From positions 16,033-80,032 of the IMG/VR virus record IMGVR_UViG_3300003177_000020: a stretch of DNA of 64,000 nucleotides; one strand, 5' to 3'. Both the position numbers and the translations under genes were made by a program. The stretch is from a virus. The notes beneath the pieces are model-generated. The model saw only the letters and a program-made list of their open reading frames with translations. It made no database searches and was not told the DNA's origin. Positions 1-9,941 of this stretch are shown here, in pieces. How positions within the stretch are numbered: position 1 is the stretch's first letter; each line of letters starts with the position of its first letter.

Positions 1-276
1 ATCAAAGATGGTCGCATGATGACTGCACAAGACTTGAAACATTCTTCTGATATTCATGCTGATGCTGATTGGATCTTGTTGATGCATCGTGAGGCTGTAC
101 CTGCAGGGACAATTGCCAACAGTCGCAGTGAAGATGCGTCACAAGAGATACTCTCTCCAAAGACTTTATTGCGTGTGGAAGCTGCACGTTTCGCTGGCGG
201 TGGGGAAACATATCTTCACTATGCAGGTGCTGTTTCTTCTTTTTTCGATATGGACAACATCCCTTCTTGGTTGTGA
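1..276 (+). CDS. DnaB-like replicative helicase, C-terminal fragment (5' end outside window)
   Basis: DLKHSSDIHADADWILLMHR matches DnaB motif H3 (LRxSGxIEQDADxVxxLxR); LLRVEAARFAGGG..L.Y resembles H4; frame is open from base 1. Confidence 0.7.
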   Translation: MKDGRMMTAQDLKHSSDIHADADWILLMHREAVPAGTIANSRSEDASQEILSPKTLLRVEAARFAGGGETYLHYAGAVSSFFDMDNIPSWL

Positions 277-330
277 TCACATCCTGAGATCACTTATTTC
301 TAAAATAAAACAATACATAAAACATACACT

Positions 331-382
331 TACTAACTTTTTATAAATAAATCTTGTAAAAGTGTCAGAGGACTACTATCGT
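331..382 (+). promoter_or_regulatory. Phage promoter, shared family (TAACTTTTT-AT-rich box, TTGTAA-17-TATCGT)
   Basis: TACTAACTTTTTATAAATAAATCTTGTAA is identical to the copy near 29030-29058 (- strand) and close to the 24731 copy. Confidence 0.7.
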
Positions 383-421
383 CTTTTTAGTGGCAAATTC
401 TTACAGTAAAGGGAATTTACA

Positions 422-1609
422 ATGTCTGAAAAAATTACACGAAAACGAAGGCGACGTGCGCCTTCAAAGCCTCAAGTTTCTCCTATTCAGAAACTCCGCA
501 ATGCCCTTCGTGGCATGTTGATCAATCGTGATCAAGAAATCGATGGACTTCTGACAGCATTATTGGCGCAAGAGCATGTGTTGTTGCTAGGAATGCACGG
601 TACTGCAAAGTCAGCACTTACCGAAACAATGTGTCGATCTGTGGATGGGATGGCATACTTTTCATGGCTGATGTCAAAATTCACAGTGCCAGAAGAATTG
701 TTTGGAGCATTTAGCCTCAAGGCATTACAAGATGATCGTTTCGAACGGGTAACACACGGCAAAATGCCTGAAGCTGAGATTGTCTTTTTGGATGAAATTT
801 TCAAGGCGAACTCCAGCATACTCAACAATCTGCTGACGATTATCAATGAGCGAAAGTTTGCGAATGGCACACACACGATCAAAGTACCATTACAGACTGT
901 TGTTGGCGCATCAAATGAATTGCCTGAAGGTGCTGAACTGGCAGCGTTGTATGATCGATTCATGTTGCGATTTTGGGTAAAGCCATTATCGACCAGATCA
1001 CACCGCAGAAAACTGCTTATGCTGGATTCAAAAAAAGTTGCTGCCATTTTCAATTCAGGGAAAATTACAAAAGATGAATTGGAATTGGAACAAACAGCAG
1101 CAGCGCAAGTTGATATCTCAAACAGCATTGGGATTATTTTGGACGTTCAAGAAGCCTTGCAGCGTGAGGGGTATGTTGCAAGTGATCGTCGGTGGCGTAA
1201 GAGTCTGAGCATTTTGAAAGCCTATGCGCATTTACAAGGATCAAATAAAGTGCGAAACGAACACTTGATCATACTTGCAGATGTGATGTGGGAAAAACCA
1301 GAAGATCGGGATGTGATTATTGAGTTGATTCGTAGGGTTGCAATTCCAGAACGTGCAAAAGTGGATGGAATTTTAAATGCAGCCAAAGAACAAATTGCAG
1401 AACTCCCCATTGGAAGTCGGGATATACCAGAAGAAAAGCGCAGCGCATATTTTGGACAGGCTACACGGATCAACGCAGATCTTACAAAACAAATCGCAGA
1501 GCTTGCAAAACTCGAAGAAGATTATGCGCATGAAGCGATTCAAGAATTGGAAGATATGAAAATCACTGTTCGGGATTTTGCATCATTTGTTTCTGGATTT
1601 GCAATCTGA
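422..1609 (+). CDS. MoxR/RavA-family AAA+ ATPase
   Basis: HVLLLGMHGTAKS Walker A, FTVPEELFG, VFLDEIFKANSSILNNLLTIINE, GASNELPE..LAALYDRF, SDRRW. Confidence 0.92.
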   Translation: MSEKITRKRRRRAPSKPQVSPIQKLRNALRGMLINRDQEIDGLLTALLAQEHVLLLGMHGTAKSALTETMCRSVDGMAYFSWLMSKFTVPEELFGAFSLKALQDDRFERVTHGKMPEAEIVFLDEIFKANSSILNNLLTIINERKFANGTHTIKVPLQTVVGASNELPEGAELAALYDRFMLRFWVKPLSTRSHRRKLLMLDSKKVAAIFNSGKITKDELELEQTAAAQVDISNSIGIILDVQEALQREGYVASDRRWRKSLSILKAYAHLQGSNKVRNEHLIILADVMWEKPEDRDVIIELIRRVAIPERAKVDGILNAAKEQIAELPIGSRDIPEEKRSAYFGQATRINADLTKQIAELAKLEEDYAHEAIQELEDMKITVRDFASFVSGFAI

Positions 1610-1717
1610 AATTTACACACTTTGAATAAAGTTTCTAACTAATGCCTTGATGTGTAACACTTTTCTAGTAGTGTGCAGTTAGAAACTTTATTTATACTTT
1701 TTTACAAGGAGTCGATC

Positions 1718-2788
1718 ATGTCAGCAAAAAAATTGAATGCAAAATTGAATGCAGCACAACAAGGAAAGGAAATTCTGGGATCTGTTATTTATTGGGGTCT
1801 GCGTGATTGTAGAATTGAACGTGGCTTGTTGGCGCAGCTTTTTGATACTCACAACCTCGATCAAAAATACATGCCTCCAGAACGCGCACCACGCGCAGCT
1901 GCAAGTAGTGCGATCAAGCATATTTTCAGTTTTGCAGGACGTGATGGCTTTTTGGCAAGAAAGATCACTTCCAAAGGATCGTGCACATTTTGGGGTGTGG
2001 TGCGTGAAAACAAAGACGTGAAAGATGTCTCGCTTGCATACCAGTGCAGTATCAAGATCAAATTTGATCACGCACACCACACGCTTGAAATTGAAGGTGA
2101 TCCTGATGCAGATCCGCAAGCATACGCAAAAGCAATTGCTGTGCTGGCAGAATACAAGGCATTGCTTACGGAATACACAAATCTGGATATTCAGAGAATG
2201 ATCATTTCTGCGGTGCGTGATCTTGGTGGTGTTTCACTCCGTAAGGGAGGTGGAAATTATTTTGTGGCTTACACGTACCATGATGTTTTGTGCGCGATAC
2301 AGAATGTTGTTGAAAGCATCGGATCTTCTGAAGTTGGGATCTTGAATATCAGTGCAGGTGATGATCAATCCATCCGATCACTGAAAAGAGATACAAGCCG
2401 ATCCTTTGTAACGCAGGTGCAGGAATTGAAGCAGGAACTGCTCGCCTTTCAAAATTCAAAAAAACTGCGCAAGTCTGTGGTCAAAAATCGCACTGAAACA
2501 CTCGCAAGACTCAAAGCAAATGTGGATATGTATTCCGAAATTCTCAGCATGAATGTTGAAGCTTTGCAGGAAGATTATCGTGTGTGCGAAGAACTGCTTT
2601 TGAACTTGGATGCTATTTCCAAAAAGCCACGAGTGCGTAAACCAAAAAAAGAGGTGGAGCCTGAACCTGCTACAGAAGAAAAGAAACACGATCCAGAAAA
2701 ACAAGAAACTGAAGAATCACCAACATTGACGGTACAAGAAGAATTGCCTATGCAATTGAACATTGGTCGCAGAAGACGACGAAGATAA
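1718..2788 (+). CDS. Linker protein of the AAA/vWA module (DUF6744/DUF3150-like)
   Basis: LGSVIYW, LR.GGGNYFV motifs; lies between AAA and vWA genes; AAGGAG RBS before ATG 1718. Confidence 0.6.
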   Translation: MSAKKLNAKLNAAQQGKEILGSVIYWGLRDCRIERGLLAQLFDTHNLDQKYMPPERAPRAAASSAIKHIFSFAGRDGFLARKITSKGSCTFWGVVRENKDVKDVSLAYQCSIKIKFDHAHHTLEIEGDPDADPQAYAKAIAVLAEYKALLTEYTNLDIQRMIISAVRDLGGVSLRKGGGNYFVAYTYHDVLCAIQNVVESIGSSEVGILNISAGDDQSIRSLKRDTSRSFVTQVQELKQELLAFQNSKKLRKSVVKNRTETLARLKANVDMYSEILSMNVEALQEDYRVCEELLLNLDAISKKPRVRKPKKEVEPEPATEEKKHDPEKQETEESPTLTVQEELPMQLNIGRRRRRR

Positions 2789-2798
2789 GGGATCGAAC

Positions 2799-4200
2799 AT
2801 GGAAAACCTAACTTTGAATGTGTCGCAATGGCAGCATTATCTTTACACGCAATCCCGCTTTGATTTTGATGCTTTGAGAGCATTGGAAGACGCAGGGAAA
2901 AAGATTTATTCACAGTATGATTTATGGCAGCGTGAATTGTTCGCACGACTGTATGAACCGCAAACACCAAAATTAACAGAGATCCCAGATGAAGCATCGT
3001 GGGCATTGCAGATTCACGATTTGATAGGCGAACTTCCAGAGTTTCAGATGCTGCAAGAGCAAACAGCAGGAGATGCAGAATTTGCAGCCAAATCAACAGC
3101 AGTGTTGGCGCGTAGTTTTATGGCTATGGATCGCACCAAGAACAGCAAAGTACCTCGCGGGGATGTGGAAGCTGAGATTGCAGATTTGGATCACTATTTG
3201 AAAGCATTAGCCGAGATGCGAGATGCTGGAATCGATGTTGATTCTCAAATAAAAAAAGCGAATACAAAAAAAGCACATTTGCAGGATACATTGGATCGTA
3301 TTTCGCAGCCTATTGATACCGTAAAATTGCGTGGTGCAATGCGCAAGGCTGCAACACAAGCCGTCAAAGATCAAAAAGATCATAATAAAATGATGAGTGC
3401 ATTTTCTTTTGGTGGTAACGCGGGATCGCTACAGCAAAGTGGGAATATAAAATCCAAACGTATTTTTGCGAAGCACCTGAGTTCAAAGCGTAAACTACGT
3501 GAGATTGCATTGTGGGCTGGTCGTTTGAAACATGTGGCGATGAAAAAACAGCGATCAAAAAGCAAAGAAGCCAAGCATGAATTTGGCGATATTGAACAAG
3601 GTGCAGATTTGGCAAAATTGCTCCCATCTGAAATGCTGTCGTTGTGTGGTGATGAAATTTCAAGATTGTTGTTTTTCAAACGCTACACGGAGCGGCAAGT
3701 TTTGCAATACCAGTTGAAAGGAAAAGAATCTAAAGGACTCGGTGCGTTGGTGGTATGCGTCGATGAATCTTCGAGTATGAGTGGTGATCGGGATGTGCTT
3801 GCTAAGGCTACAATGCTGGCTTTGATGCATGTTGCGATCAAACAAAAGCGTACTTTTGCAGTGATTCATTTTTCTGGCGATGTTGGGCGTGTGGATGTTT
3901 TTGAACATGGTGCTATTGATCCTGATGCACTGGTAGCAACATTAGAAAATTTTGAAAAATTCTGATATTTCAAAAGCGGACATTGTGTTTCTCACAGATG
4001 GCGAAAGTTATATCCACCAGAGATCTATTGATAGTGTTCAAAAATTGCGGAATATGATCGGGTTGGAATTTTACACCATTCTTGTGGGTGGAGCGCGATC
4101 CAGCGAGGAGTTGGAAACATTATCTTCACATATTATGCATTTGCAGGATATTGTTTCTGCGGAAGAATCGGAAGCAAAGGATGTTTTGTTCTCAATCTAG
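2799..4200 (+). CDS. vWA (ViaA/CoxE-like) protein, split by a frameshift/deletion near 3950
   Basis: G.DL..LLPSE, VCVDESSSMSG MIDAS, and ADIVFLTDG in the second frame (3952-4200); the expected GGT segment between them is missing. Confidence 0.85.
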
Positions 4201-4925
4201 TTTTGATCTTTTTCTGTAATTGATCCCACCATCCAAGGCACAAAAAACGCACCATTTATTTTTGTGATTCGGATCATTGTTCTGTCAATATCCTGCCCAA
4301 ACAAGCGCAAGCAATAATTCCCTCCTTCCATCAAAATTCTGCCTGTACCAACGCAAGGATCACATAGCGTTTGCCACTTGGTATTTTTCGCACCGTTGAA
4401 CTGCGACTGGATCATCAAAGTGACGAGGGTGTGTGGTGTGGGATAAAAGGCGTGAGGATTCCAACCTGTGCCTCTCTGTGTGCAGATAAAGTCTCCAAGG
4501 TAGTCATATGGTGTTTGCAACCATAACCCAGCATCAAAAGCCTCATATAGCTTCCGTTGTGTTTGTGGTTCAAGATTGGATTGTTGTTCTTCGATTCCGA
4601 TTGCATAACTCAGCCAGTCCAGAAATGCCGTGAAGTTTCCCCACCATCTGTATTTGTTTTCTGCGCCTATGATCTCCATGCAGGTTTCAATATTTTTGAT
4701 GGCAGCTTTACATGGCTGGCTGTATCGCACTTGTGGGATTGATCCTGTTGGGAGTCCAAGCTTGATCCGCGTCCAATATCCCCACCTGTCGGGAAATGCG
4801 CAGCGTGGATTCTCGTGTAGTTGTTGGATGTAATACAGCAGCCACCCTCTATACTTCCAAGGTTGATCTCCTGTTGTGATCATTGGGATTCGTTTTTCAC
4901 GCTCTACAAATTCTGTGAATAGCAT
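4197..4925 (-). CDS. N-6 DNA methylase-like protein (SAM-binding half only)
   Basis: FYPTP, DPCVGTGRIL, LFGQDID; no NPPF catalytic motif before the stop. Confidence 0.75.
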   Translation of the reverse strand: MLFTEFVEREKRIPMITTGDQPWKYRGWLLYYIQQLHENPRCAFPDRWGYWTRIKLGLPTGSIPQVRYSQPCKAAIKNIETCMEIIGAENKYRWWGNFTAFLDWLSYAIGIEEQQSNLEPQTQRKLYEAFDAGLWLQTPYDYLGDFICTQRGTGWNPHAFYPTPHTLVTLMIQSQFNGAKNTKWQTLCDPCVGTGRILMEGGNYCLRLFGQDIDRTMIRITKINGAFFVPWMVGSITEKDQN

Positions 4926-5021
4926 TCTTTTTCCCTTTCTTTGCCATTGAAAAAAGCGTTCATTTCTCGTGGAGTATAGCACAATTATTTTATTATTTTT
5001 AGAAATATTAGAAATTTTGTG

Positions 5022-5050
5022 TTGTAAGTGTCAGAGAATAACGCTATGGT
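5022..5050 (+). promoter_or_regulatory. sigma70-type promoter TTGTAA-17-TATGGT
   Basis: Same -35 as the promoter family, AT-rich upstream, lies ahead of the gene at 5106. Confidence 0.55.
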
Positions 5051-5105
5051 TTTTTCAGTTTTTGATCCGTTGAGGATCACTTTTTACAAACAAAAGGAGT
5101 TGAGA

Positions 5106-6332
5106 ATGACTGTTAAATTGGAATTGATCTTAGACAAAGCATTTGAAGCAATCGCAGCAGAACGAAAAACCATGTTTGCAGCGTTTGAAAAATCAATGGA
5201 TCAAATCAAAGAGATCACAGTGGAGGCAATACGCAGCCTCGGAAAACAAGAAGTGCAAACTTTGACAGCTGCTAGTATCCCATCTTTGAAGCCACAAAAT
5301 GCCAAAGAAGAAACGCAACCCGCATCAACACCCGCACCTGTCGTAGAAGAAAAGAAACCTGCGCCAAAGAAAAAACCAAAGAAGAAAGAAGAGCCTGTTC
5401 CTGCGGTGCAAGCAGATGTCATACCAGAAGAAAAACCTGTTGTTGCTGAAAAACCGAAACCAAAAAAGACCACAAAGAAAAAATCAAAGAAGAAGGAAGA
5501 ACCGACAGTGCTGGTTCCTGAACTGGTGCATGTAGGATCTGATTACACGGCAGAAGATTTTACAAAGGCTGTGATTGCAGAAACTGAAAAAGAAGCCAAA
5601 GAAAAGGACAAGGAAGAAGAAGGTCTGGATGATACATTCAAAGATCTGAAAAAGAAAACAAAAAAGGCTCCCAAGAAAAAAACCAAGAAGAAAGAAGAAC
5701 CTGCTCCTGAGCCTGAAAAAGAAACTGTTACAAAAACGGATGAGCCTGAAAACTTTGATCCTGTAGATTTGGATCTTGGTGTTGAAGATATCCGCGACGA
5801 TCTACCACCTGATAATCTGCCTAAAGGGTTTCACGCAGTATGGGCAAAAATGAGTCAGCTTGAACGTCGAAACCTTGTGAAGTCTTTTGCAAAAGAAGGC
5901 ACAAACCCAAATGATCCACCGATTGAAGAAAGAATCAAAACAATCAAAAAACCAGTTGAAACACTGGCAGAGATTGAAGATGGAGATGAGCAAGAATATC
6001 TTTGTGAAGTACTCATGGCAACCATGATGCTGGATGCTCTCACAGAACAAGAACTTGCTGATACATGGGCTGTCATACAGCAAGGTGATAAAAAGAGTCC
6101 TAAACTATTCCTTAACATGATCGAACTTGCAGGAAAAGGCGAGTTGGTTGGAATGTTCAAAGGCATCAAAATCAAATTTGCAAAACAAGAAGATCAATAC
6201 TGGGGATTTGCAGAAACTCAAACTGCGAAGACTGCAAAATTCATCCAAGAGTTGAATGACACATACAACGAGTCTGGCTTTATTACAGAAGTGGATGATG
6301 CCATCAAAGAAGCACTTGGAGTCACAGAATAA
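5106..6332 (+). CDS. Hypothetical protein with long K/E/P-rich low-complexity region
   Basis: AAAAGGAG RBS; three KKxKKKEEP repeats. Confidence 0.8.
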   Translation: MTVKLELILDKAFEAIAAERKTMFAAFEKSMDQIKEITVEAIRSLGKQEVQTLTAASIPSLKPQNAKEETQPASTPAPVVEEKKPAPKKKPKKKEEPVPAVQADVIPEEKPVVAEKPKPKKTTKKKSKKKEEPTVLVPELVHVGSDYTAEDFTKAVIAETEKEAKEKDKEEEGLDDTFKDLKKKTKKAPKKKTKKKEEPAPEPEKETVTKTDEPENFDPVDLDLGVEDIRDDLPPDNLPKGFHAVWAKMSQLERRNLVKSFAKEGTNPNDPPIEERIKTIKKPVETLAEIEDGDEQEYLCEVLMATMMLDALTEQELADTWAVIQQGDKKSPKLFLNMIELAGKGELVGMFKGIKIKFAKQEDQYWGFAETQTAKTAKFIQELNDTYNESGFITEVDDAIKEALGVTE

Positions 6333-6344
6333 AAAGGTGGAACC

Positions 6345-6614
6345 ATGTGCGAAGAAAAAAAGCGGAAAATACCACCTGTGTTTTCCATGTTCAAACGCAA
6401 TGATAAAGAAATTCTGGTATCCGTTCCTGCAAATAGTGTGGTTGAAGTTTTGAATGATGGCGCGGTGTTGGAGCTTATAAACGCGGGATTACTTGTCGAA
6501 TATAACCGAAAAGAATCTGATGGTGCAGCAGCAGAAGTGGTTTTTATTCGTCAAGGTTTGAACTCGGATGCTGTCAAATTTTTACAAGAAAGGGGATTAT
6601 TTCACGATGCTTGA
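6345..6614 (+). CDS. Hypothetical protein
   Basis: AAGGTGG RBS, operon context. Confidence 0.6.
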   Translation: MCEEKKRKIPPVFSMFKRNDKEILVSVPANSVVEVLNDGAVLELINAGLLVEYNRKESDGAAAEVVFIRQGLNSDAVKFLQERGLFHDA

Positions 6615-6743
6615 TTACATGTCTCAAATACAGTATTGTTTGATCTCCTCTGGTATGTGCTGCCACCACTGCCAAATAAGTGGAGTTGATCGCTTTAGTT
6701 CCCTTTCTCGGTCAGCTTCACTTCCCCTTTGGGGGTTTTCGTT

Positions 6744-8468
6744 ATGAAACCGTCAAAGCCTGTATTCCTTGAGACAAGACCTCGTATTCCTGAACAGCAT
6801 GATTGCTCTAAATGCCGACTGCACCGCAAAGTTGATGTGCCTTGCATGGATACATTATGGCGTGGTAATGGTGCTATTTTGGCAGTCGGTGTGAATCCAG
6901 ATCCTACAGATGATAAAGAGGGACTTCCGTTTTCTGGTGTGAAAGGAAAAAAGCTCGCATACTGCGCGGATCTGGCAGGTGTAGATGTTGAACAAATATC
7001 CCTTACAAATGTGGTGCGTTGTGCTATTGCAGGAAAAACCAAACCTAAAAAAGATCAATTGGTGGCTTGCGGTGGATACTTGCAATTTGAGATTTTTACA
7101 AAAAAACCAAAAGTGATCCTCGCTATGGGTGATCACGCTGCACAGCTTCTTTGTCCAGACTGGAATTACACGGTGGATGTGTTGGGTAAGGATAAGCGTC
7201 AAAAAAAGAAACTCAAAGAATGGCGCGGATACCCTCAACGCTACACATACGAGGCTGCTGTAGATGGGAAGTATTACACACACACATGCTGGGTGATCCC
7301 GACATTCCATCCAAAATATTGTCTATCTAGTTGGGAACAAGATCCAATTTTAGCTTTCGATTTGAAAACAGCATTTGATTATGTCAGTGGTGTTGAAAGC
7401 ATTGTGAATCCAAATACAAAGATCACCGTGTATCGGGATCTTGCAAGCATTGAATCTTTGTTTTTGTATCTGAAACAGAAGAAAACATATGTGCTGGATT
7501 TGGAAACAACAGGGTTGGATTTTAACAAAGACGAGATCATCAACATTTGTTTTTGCGCAGAAGAAGGCGATGCACATGTGATCCCATTGCTAAGTACATG
7601 CACTCCTGATATTCGGTATTCAAATTTTAATGAATGCGAGATCGAAGAACTGCGTAGCAAATTAGTGGATCTATTTCTGCAAACGGAACTCATAGGTGCA
7701 AACATCAAATTTGACATCAAGTTTATGCGCACGTTTTTAGGTGGGTTCAACTCGTGGCGTATCTTTGCAGACACACAAATCATGCACCACATCGTACAGG
7801 AAAATCATCCTCACAATTTGAATTTTCTTACACAGTTTTATTTACGCTGGGAAAAATACGATGCTGAAATTGATCATTTCAAAAAGCTGGATGAATTGAA
7901 TTTATCCTATGCTCCCGAAGATTTGGTTTCCCGCTATGGTGGCACAGATGTCGATGGTACTTTGCGGGTGTATAATATTCTCAAAAAGATCATAGAAGAT
8001 AAAAAACTCACTAAGGTCTTTCGTATTGAAATGGGGCTGTTGCTTCCTCTCGCAGATTTGGAGTGGGTGGGTGTTCATGCTTCAAGATCAACACTTTCAG
8101 ATTTGGCTATTCGGTACAAAAAAGAAAAAGAAAAAAGTATCAAATACCTGAAGCGAAAGCATCGCGAGATATTTGGAGTTGATGCATCTGAAACATTCAA
8201 CCCTAACAGCAACGAAACAAAGAGTGGGCAGTATATGCTGGACAAGTTGGTGTTGAAAGATCTGGTTGTGAAAGGTGGCGTTCCTGCAACCATCGCAAAG
8301 CATGTGCAGCTGATCCGAAAATACACCAAATACATCTCAACCTATTTAGAGGGTAAGGATGGTGATGGTGGCATCCTAAAACGAATATCATCTGTAGATC
8401 GCATACATCCAGACTACAATATCACGGGTGCGCGGACTGGACGCCTTACAGAAAAGGTGATGGCCTGA
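6744..8468 (+). CDS. polA: Family A DNA polymerase, N-terminal part: family-4 uracil-DNA glycosylase-like domain + 3'-5' exonuclease
   Basis: CSKCRL, LPFSG..GKKL, TNVVRC, PTFHP (UDG); DLETTGL, NIKFD, YGGTDVD (ExoI-III); RIHPDYNITGARTGRL. Confidence 0.92.
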   Translation: MKPSKPVFLETRPRIPEQHDCSKCRLHRKVDVPCMDTLWRGNGAILAVGVNPDPTDDKEGLPFSGVKGKKLAYCADLAGVDVEQISLTNVVRCAIAGKTKPKKDQLVACGGYLQFEIFTKKPKVILAMGDHAAQLLCPDWNYTVDVLGKDKRQKKKLKEWRGYPQRYTYEAAVDGKYYTHTCWVIPTFHPKYCLSSWEQDPILAFDLKTAFDYVSGVESIVNPNTKITVYRDLASIESLFLYLKQKKTYVLDLETTGLDFNKDEIINICFCAEEGDAHVIPLLSTCTPDIRYSNFNECEIEELRSKLVDLFLQTELIGANIKFDIKFMRTFLGGFNSWRIFADTQIMHHIVQENHPHNLNFLTQFYLRWEKYDAEIDHFKKLDELNLSYAPEDLVSRYGGTDVDGTLRVYNILKKIIEDKKLTKVFRIEMGLLLPLADLEWVGVHASRSTLSDLAIRYKKEKEKSIKYLKRKHREIFGVDASETFNPNSNETKSGQYMLDKLVLKDLVVKGGVPATIAKHVQLIRKYTKYISTYLEGKDGDGGILKRISSVDRIHPDYNITGARTGRLTEKVMA

Positions 8469-9318
8469 CAATCCTGAAACAGATGTGTTTTTGAGTGTGG
8501 ATTATTCCAAAATGGAATTACGGGTTATGGCTTGGCTTGCGAATGAAAAATTGATGCTTGACGAGTTGCAATCGGATATTGATTTGCATACCAAGATGGC
8601 GGTCACTGCGAGGCTTATGCGTAATCCTACGGACGAGGAATATTATGCGATCTCTCCTGACGTAACATCAAATGAACGTGCGATTGCAAAAGGTGCAAAT
8701 TTTGGCATTCCATACGGTCGCGGTGCAGGTTCCATTGTTGCTGAGAATCCTAATTCATTCCCTGCGAAAATGAAGCACTGGGATCGCATCAAACAGGTTG
8801 ATCGGATCATTGATGCCTACTATGAAAAATATCCAAACATTTATTCATACATGGAAAAGCAAAAAAGGATTGCACATAAACGCATGTGGTTGCGCTCATC
8901 ACAGACAGGCAGAATAAGAAACCTGTATGGTATGCGTTGGTTCAAATCGGAATTTGCAGAAGACTTGGATAAATTTGAGAAAAGATTGATGCAAGGAGAT
9001 ATTGAACACATTGAACGGGAAGCCCAAAATTATCAGATACAAGAAATCGCTTCATCTATTTTGGCAACACAAACACGCATTGTTTACGATGCAATCCAAA
9101 CACGACAACTAGGCATTCGGAATTTCAGGATCGTGCTAAGTATTCACGATCAACTTTTATTCAACTGCCACCGTGAGGACATTCAAAAAGCAGAAGTATT
9201 CGCACGGCAGCATATGGAAATTGTTCTGCCGAAAACAAAAAAGCAGAAGTACGAAATACCGATAACAGTTGATTCCGTGGTGCAGCGGGTATGGGGAGAG
9301 AACGAATACAATGACTGA
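8461..9318 (+). CDS. polA: Family A DNA polymerase, C-terminal catalytic part (same gene, frame broken at ~8450)
   Basis: DYSKMELR (motif A), R..AKGANFGIPYG (motif B), NYQIQ, IHDQL (motif C). Confidence 0.92.
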   Translation, partial: WPDNPETDVFLSVDYSKMELRVMAWLANEKLMLDELQSDIDLHTKMAVTARLMRNPTDEEYYAISPDVTSNERAIAKGANFGIPYGRGAGSIVAENPNSFPAKMKHWDRIKQVDRIIDAYYEKYPNIYSYMEKQKRIAHKRMWLRSSQTGRIRNLYGMRWFKSEFAEDLDKFEKRLMQGDIEHIEREAQNYQIQEIASSILATQTRIVYDAIQTRQLGIRNFRIVLSIHDQLLFNCHREDIQKAEVFARQHMEIVLPKTKKQKYEIPITVDSVVQRVWGENEYND

Positions 9319-9931
9319 TTACAATGAGCATCAAATGCTTGAAAGTCTAAAAATCGGATCGGATCTTGATTTGGAATTTAGGACAACACCCGCATACCTA
9401 GCACGATGGGGGTTTCAAAAAGCATCTTACCACGCAGAAGTAAGACGGGCAGAGGAAGATTTGGATCTTGTTTGGGCTAGGTTGTACAGCGAATACAAGC
9501 AGGATAATCCAAACTCAAAAGAAAACGAAGTGAAAGCACATGTGATGCTCCATCCAGATCACAAATTAGCTCGCGGTGTATTGCGAAAAGCTGTGTATGA
9601 TTTGGATATGTTACGCGCAGCAATTAAGGCTGCGGAAGCCAAAGTGTCGATGCTGCAACAACTAGGTGCAGCAAGCCGTGTGGAAAAAGGTGCATATCAA
9701 AATGCCTACGGTGCAGGTTCTTCAAGATCAAAAGATGATCGTGGCGGACGCAAGCTATCGCAAAGTAGGGATGCACATATGGTTGAAACTATTACGGAAA
9801 AGGCACAAACAGTTAGTGCAAAAATACGCAGAAGAAGGAGGGTTGATCCAGAAAAATTGAAGAAAGCAGAAGAAGAAAGACAACGCAAAATAAGACAAGC
9901 AAGCAAAAGAATTGAAAACAAATCAAAGTGA
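9311..9931 (+). CDS. UvsY-like recombination mediator (putative)
   Basis: Helical pattern LKI..DL..EF...PA....W and K..ML.QLG...R.E; lies between polymerase and SSB. Confidence 0.55.
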   Translation: MTDYNEHQMLESLKIGSDLDLEFRTTPAYLARWGFQKASYHAEVRRAEEDLDLVWARLYSEYKQDNPNSKENEVKAHVMLHPDHKLARGVLRKAVYDLDMLRAAIKAAEAKVSMLQQLGAASRVEKGAYQNAYGAGSSRSKDDRGGRKLSQSRDAHMVETITEKAQTVSAKIRRRRRVDPEKLKKAEEERQRKIRQASKRIENKSK

Positions 9932-9941
9932 GGATTCCGTT

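Noticed and set aside
8440-8490. Intron, intein or translational bypass splitting polA
   Set aside because: Conserved sequence is missing rather than inserted; there is no room for an intervening element
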